A stretch of 64,000 nt of DNA from an uncultured Elusimicrobia bacterium (GTDB lineage: Bacteria; Elusimicrobiota; Elusimicrobia; 2-01-FULL-59-12), in the NCBI GenBank assembly GCA_963702895.1, contig OY969767.1:1504001-1568000 (forward strand), in the 5' to 3' direction. The position numbers and the translations under genes were made by a program. The notes beneath the pieces were generated by a model. The model saw nothing but the letters and a program-made list of their open reading frames with translations, had not been told where the DNA came from and did not search any database. Within the stretch, counting starts at the first letter, position 1. Each line of letters starts with the position of its first letter. Below, one piece after another: positions 59,676-64,000 of the stretch.

Positions 59676-60760
59676 GATCCAAGAGCCCTTTGTCACGCCG
59701 TGCCGTTCCTCTGCTGGCGATGCTCCTCATAGGCGTGACCGGGTGGGCGGCGTTGCGGAACCGCCCGGATGTCTACGCCCACCGCGGGGTACGGGCATTT
59801 TCCCCGGAAAACACCCTGCCCGCGTACCAAGCGGCCCTCCGCATCGGCGCGGACTGGCTCGACATGGACGTGGTCCTCACCAAGGACAACGAGGTCCTGC
59901 TCTCCCACGATCTGGTACTCAATCCGGACATCACCCGCGACGAGCGCGGTGCGTTCTTGGCCCAGAGCCGCGAGGCTCTGAGGAAGCGCCCGCCTGCGGA
60001 GCAGATCGAATACGAGCGAAAGTATGCAGTCAGGGGACTCACCCTCGCGGAGCTGGGGCGTTTTGACGTAGGCCGGCTCAACCCGGACAGCGCCTATTCG
60101 AAGTTCTTCCCGGACCAGTTCCCCTTGGACGGGATCCGCATGCCCACTCTGCGAGAAGTCGTGCGCTTCGCGGAGAGCGCGACCGGCAAGAAGATCGGGT
60201 ACCAGATCGAGATGAAGACGGAACCTTCACGTCCCGACTTCAGCCCGCCGCCGGAGGCTTTTGCCGCGGCGGTGTACAAGGTGCTCGAGGAGGAAGGGAT
60301 ACTCGATCGCGTCGAGGTCCATGCCTTCGATTTCAGATGCCTCTACGAGCTCCAGAAGCTCGACAAGCGCGTCAAGACCGCCTACCTCACGTCGCGCGAC
60401 AACGAGAAGGGGGGAGCAGACAGCTTTTTCGATTCGGACCCGAAGTCCGCCGGCCTCTGGACGGGGGGCAAGCTCGTCAAGGACTACGGCGGCTCCATCC
60501 CCGCGATGGTCAAGGCCCTGGGCGGCTTCGCCTGGGACCCCGAAGACGCCGAACTCACCAAGGACTCGCTGGACGAGGCCCACCGCCTGGGCCTCAAGGT
60601 CGTCGTGTGGAGCTGGCCCGAGAAGCTGGGGACCGCATTCGATGCGGAGCTGACGGCCAGAATGATCGACTGGGGCGTCGATGGCATCATCACCGACGAC
60701 CCCGCCAAGCTCCTCTCCATGCTCGCCGCGCGTGGCTTGCACGTACCCGACCGCTACTGA
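59672..60760 (+). CDS. glpQ: Exported glycerophosphodiester phosphodiesterase
   Basis: AHRG, PENTLPAY, DVVLTKD, SHD, IEMK, GVDGIITD; signal peptide. Confidence 0.9.
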   Translation: MRSKSPLSRRAVPLLAMLLIGVTGWAALRNRPDVYAHRGVRAFSPENTLPAYQAALRIGADWLDMDVVLTKDNEVLLSHDLVLNPDITRDERGAFLAQSREALRKRPPAEQIEYERKYAVRGLTLAELGRFDVGRLNPDSAYSKFFPDQFPLDGIRMPTLREVVRFAESATGKKIGYQIEMKTEPSRPDFSPPPEAFAAAVYKVLEEEGILDRVEVHAFDFRCLYELQKLDKRVKTAYLTSRDNEKGGADSFFDSDPKSAGLWTGGKLVKDYGGSIPAMVKALGGFAWDPEDAELTKDSLDEAHRLGLKVVVWSWPEKLGTAFDAELTARMIDWGVDGIITDDPAKLLSMLAARGLHVPDRY

Positions 60761-60799
60761 CAACCGGCAAGGCGGGGTCGGGTCTTTCAGGGCCGCCTC

Positions 60800-61110
60800 T
60801 GCGACCCGACGAACCTTGATCTGACGGCTGCGGGAGCCTGGACGATGGGGAAACCTGACGCCGGCTGGGACTCGCAAAGCAACAACCGGCCTTGCCTCCG
60901 CCGCAGACGTCCCACCCAAAGACTCCTGCCGCTCCTGTTTCTAAACCTTCACGCCGCAGTCCTTGGACTGACCTCTTCGCCCGGGTCTTTGGCCTCGACC
61001 TCATAACGCGCCCACAGTGCGGCGGAAGCGTCAAAATCGTCGCGGTGATCCTCGATCCTTTTGCGATCACGTCCATCCGCCGCCGCAGGGGACCACGCGC
61101 TCCGCGCGTG
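60800..61110 (+). pseudogene. IS91-like transposase C-terminal relic
   Basis: WTDLFARVFGLDLITRPQCGGSVKIVAVILDP resembles the W..L..RVF..D...CP.CGG...I.A.I.DP tail; a frameshifted RLREPW.DG trace lies upstream. Confidence 0.65.
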
Positions 61111-61163
61111 GGGGAATGCGGCTACCCCCTGCTATGGCGGATGTCGCCAAGGAATCGGCGGAT

Positions 61164-61190
61164 GCCCGCCGTAGCCTTGGCGAAGGCGGG
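61164..61190. repeat. Short palindromic REP-like element
   Basis: GCCCGCCGTAGCCTTGGCGAAGGCGGG hairpin. Confidence 0.55.
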
Positions 61191-61446
61191 CGGTCATTAT
61201 GGGTACCACGGGCTCCGCCCGTGGGGCTCCATTTCTCTCCTACCTGGGCCTGCCGGATAAGCCCCCGGTATTGGTCCCGGCGCGGGTCGGCACACAAAGT
61301 CACTTCGCATAAACCCCGTCAAAAACGGGGGATCGGGATCCTTTGCGCCAGACCGCAAAATCCCCCTCGCGTCACCCTCAAACCACCGCCCATCAGTGCT
61401 CTCGAAGCTGCTTCAAGCATGCCCCCGGATGCAAAAGTCTGCCGCC

Positions 61447-61475
61447 TTGAATTGGAGGGGTCAAGTTGCGATAAT
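61447..61475 (+). promoter_or_regulatory. Candidate sigma70 promoter
   Basis: TTGAAT-N17-GATAAT about 70 bp upstream of the next ATG. Confidence 0.4.
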
Positions 61476-61546
61476 GCCTAAAGACAAGAAAGTGCGGGCC
61501 TCACCCGTAGAAATGTCAATCAATGAATGAAAAGGAGACACATGCC

Positions 61547-61972
61547 ATGCGAAACACAGTTATTGGATTAGCCGTCGTAGCCGCCCTGGCCGGGAACGTC
61601 ATGGGCGCTGATGTTGTCACCAAGAAAGTCGAGAAACTGATCCAGACCGTGCAGGAAGGATGCTCGGAAGAGTTGGGGACTTATTGTAAAGGAGTCACGC
61701 CCGGTGAAGGACGAGTTCTCGCTTGTTTGTATGCCTTTGAGGACAAGCTATCAAGCCGTTGCGAATACGCTCTTTATGACGTGGCCGCTCAGCTCCAGCA
61801 AGCCGTAGTGAAGCTCACCTACGTCGCCAATGAATGCAAAGAGGACCTCCAGAAATATTGCTCTGGTGTAGAACCTGGCCAGGGGCGGATTCTCGACTGC
61901 ATGAAGAAGAACGAGAAGAAGGTTTCTCAACGCTGCAACCAGGCCATCAAGGATACCGTTCCGAAATCCTAA
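61547..61972 (+). CDS. Exported cysteine-rich repeat protein (two GLG1/Cys_rich_FGFR-like repeats)
   Basis: Signal peptide; C..EL..YC.GV.PGEGRVLACL...LS..C repeated twice. Confidence 0.85.
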   Translation: MRNTVIGLAVVAALAGNVMGADVVTKKVEKLIQTVQEGCSEELGTYCKGVTPGEGRVLACLYAFEDKLSSRCEYALYDVAAQLQQAVVKLTYVANECKEDLQKYCSGVEPGQGRILDCMKKNEKKVSQRCNQAIKDTVPKS

Positions 61973-62047
61973 TCGACTGGATTCCTAGTCTTTCATGACC
62001 TGCAGGCCCCTTTCCCATCAATCAACGGGGGCCTGCAGGGTGGTGTT

Positions 62048-62377
62048 ATGTCCTTGTTATCGCTCATGTTCCCCATTCTGGCAGCCTCAGAGGAATACGG
62101 CGCTGAGGATAACAGCTGGGAAGCTTCATTTTTCGGCGGAGGCCATTTCACGGGGCACGTCAAACTCGATTCCTCGACCGGCCATGATCAGCTCGAACTC
62201 ACCAATGGATCGTCCTTCGGCGTGACCGCAGGAAAGGACTTCGCCGAAGACAGCGCTCTGGAAGTGATGTGGACGCGCCAGAATTCCGAGATGCGCGCGC
62301 AAGGCGGCTCGGCAGCGCCAACTGATTTAGGGTCGCTTACGATTGACCGGTATCATTTCAGCAGTATCGGACTGTAG
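62048..62377 (+). pseudogene. Truncated outer-membrane beta-barrel gene fragment
   Basis: WEASFFGG, FGVTAG, ALEVMW: only about 4 strands before the stop; poor signal peptide. Confidence 0.45.
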
Positions 62378-62511
62378 GAGGAACGGCTTAGGTGTGACGC
62401 CGAAACACCAATCTTCCGTTGCCCGAGTACGGCAACGACTTCGGCTGGCTCTTCTCGTCGCCCTCGCCACCTTGAACTCTATAATTCCCGTCCCGGCCTC
62501 AACCGCTGATA

Positions 62512-63240
62512 TTACCGTTGGATCGTGACAGCTTCCTCGAGATGAAAATCCTGTAGTGTGCCTGCGGCCACGCCCACCGTTTGTCGCCTCAGGGTGGAAG
62601 CGGCCGCGCCCACCATGGCGCCAGTCGCTGCGCCACTGCCGCCGCCGGCGGCGGCGCCTATGGCAGATCCCGCCGCCGCGCCACGCGCGCCTTGCCTCAC
62701 CTTGCGATCACCCGCCCCTGAGAGAACCTCCGTTTTGATCGGCACGATATTTCCGCCGATGTTAAACCCCGTGAGCATGATTGCGATCGCCGATTGACCG
62801 ACCAATCCCTGCTGCCTCGAATCAGTCACCACCCCATAGACTTTGGTTCCCGCTGGAACCGCCACCTGATGGTTCACCACGATATTGGTTTCCAAAGTGG
62901 CGGTAAACTTGTGCCCACGACGATGTTTTGACGTCACATCAGCATCGAATTGAACGGTCAGGACTGTCCCCTGGGGGATGATCACGGATCCTTTTGGTGT
63001 TGCGGCGACTGGGACTGGTGCAGCTGCTAACGGGGCGGCCGCCTCCTTCTGAATGGACACTATTTCGTTGTCTTTAAAGAATCGTACTTCGCCTGCGGTG
63101 GTTTCAAACCGGACACCCTGCTCATTCATCAGCAGGATCTTTCCCTCTATCGATTTCCCGTCGCGAAGTTTTAGAGTATCGGCTGAAAGAGCCACCGTTA
63201 GAAACAGAAGCGTCAGTCCTTTCCAATAGGCTTGTCGCAT
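62512..63240 (-). CDS. Exported protein with VirB10/TrbI-like beta domain and glycine zipper
   Basis: ADTLKLRDGKSIEGKI domain, IPQGTVL...VAVPAGTKVYG, GAAAGSAIGAAAGGG. Confidence 0.75.
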   Translation of the reverse strand: MRQAYWKGLTLLFLTVALSADTLKLRDGKSIEGKILLMNEQGVRFETTAGEVRFFKDNEIVSIQKEAAAPLAAAPVPVAATPKGSVIIPQGTVLTVQFDADVTSKHRRGHKFTATLETNIVVNHQVAVPAGTKVYGVVTDSRQQGLVGQSAIAIMLTGFNIGGNIVPIKTEVLSGAGDRKVRQGARGAAAGSAIGAAAGGGSGAATGAMVGAAASTLRRQTVGVAAGTLQDFHLEEAVTIQR

Positions 63241-63365
63241 GCTTAGAATCCTCCTTTATCATCGATAAGATCGATCAACCCTCTTTCAACGACATCATGA
63301 AAAGACTCTCGCTCCTCAACCATGATGCTCATCATACTCGGTTAATAGCGCTTGTGTACCTTCCG

Positions 63366-64000
63366 TCATATTCGCGCTTTCTCAGGTGTCGATACCGGGA
63401 CCGTGAACGTGTAGAGCCAAACGGAAAAAGAATGCACCTGGTAGCGCGGGGCAAGGTCAAAGGCATACGAGATCGCGAGGGGCCGATTGTCCCAGATATT
63501 GAACTTCGTCAAGCGTAGCTCTAAGCCACCCGTGACGTGATAACGGGTCGAGATGTCCTCGTACCGGCTGGGTTCCCGGTAGGTTCCCCCGCGCAGCCGG
63601 AGCACGCGAGGAACCGCTTCCACCTCAAGGCCTGTGTGGAGCGTCGTGATGGTTTTCTGCCCTACCGGCTGCGAAGTCTGTGTAAGGAAGGCTTTGGCGC
63701 CGTTGGCGTCATCCGGGGACTCGTTAAAAATCCGCATATCAAAGGTCGCGATGGCGGGACGTGTCCGCCAAAGAGGAAACTTGTCCCACTCATAGGCGAT
63801 GCCTAAAGCCGTGGAACCAGCGACCAGGACGCCGCTTGGCACAATCAAATTCCCCACTTTCACAGGCCCGGTGCTCTCGGGCAGATCCTCCGTCGACGAG
63901 ACGGCGCCTCGATAGGCCGCTCCAAATCTCCAGTGGCCTCGCTGAGGATGCCATATGACTCCGGCTCCATATCCCACCCCTTCCAGCCCAAAGGACCGGG
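63366..64000 (-). CDS. Outer-membrane barrel protein, 5' end outside the window
   Basis: Amphipathic strands (GYGAGVIW, WRFGAAYR, LRLRGGTYREP). Confidence 0.7.
   Translation of the reverse strand, partial: RSFGLEGVGYGAGVIWHPQRGHWRFGAAYRGAVSSTEDLPESTGPVKVGNLIVPSGVLVAGSTALGIAYEWDKFPLWRTRPAIATFDMRIFNESPDDANGAKAFLTQTSQPVGQKTITTLHTGLEVEAVPRVLRLRGGTYREPSRYEDISTRYHVTGGLELRLTKFNIWDNRPLAISYAFDLAPRYQVHSFSVWLYTFTVPVSTPEKARI

Noticed and set aside
61999..62039. Hairpin CCTGCAGGCCCC...GGGGCCTGCAGG as an intrinsic terminator
   Set aside because: Large loop and no U tract; left uncalled.
1..64000. Prophage, secretion system, retron or DGR
   Set aside because: No integrase, phage structural, reverse transcriptase or secretion ATPase genes were recognised.

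Overview
This is a GC-rich accessory region from a diderm bacterium; I saw no rRNA, tRNA or CRISPR array. From left to right: exported and membrane hypothetical proteins, one split by a complete IS4-family element (9-bp target duplication, reading frame restorable); a GH63-like glucosidase; a TolC/HlyD/RbbA/YhhJ efflux operon; and a co-oriented glycogen-to-lactate cluster (ppk2-pfkA-ldhA-glgP-pyk plus a membrane flavo-reductase). Next is a signalling block (PAS-GGDEF, PAS histidine kinase, NarL-type regulator, several micro-ORFs) in which four promoters share one precisely spaced motif. After that come a GT4 + GH130 pair, two divergent AAA_14/DUF4143 ATPases, a lactonase fused to a putative outer-membrane barrel, an aquaporin, and a thiol/persulfide-type cluster (CoA-disulfide reductase-rhodanese, tandem cupins, AhpD-like protein, two rhodaneses). 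The right end holds FadL, a second GH63 and glucose dehydrogenase among several gene relics (alpha-amylase, glycyl-radical enzyme, IS91-like transposase). Intergenic spaces carry nested non-autonomous mobile DNA (TIR-bounded MITEs containing REP doublets that themselves carry inserted hairpins), and some of these overlap stop or start codons of host genes. The strongest candidates for undescribed biology are the four-promoter local regulon, the nested MITE/REP system, the cupin/rhodanese cluster and the lactonase-barrel fusion. All family assignments are by-eye motif recognition, not database searches.
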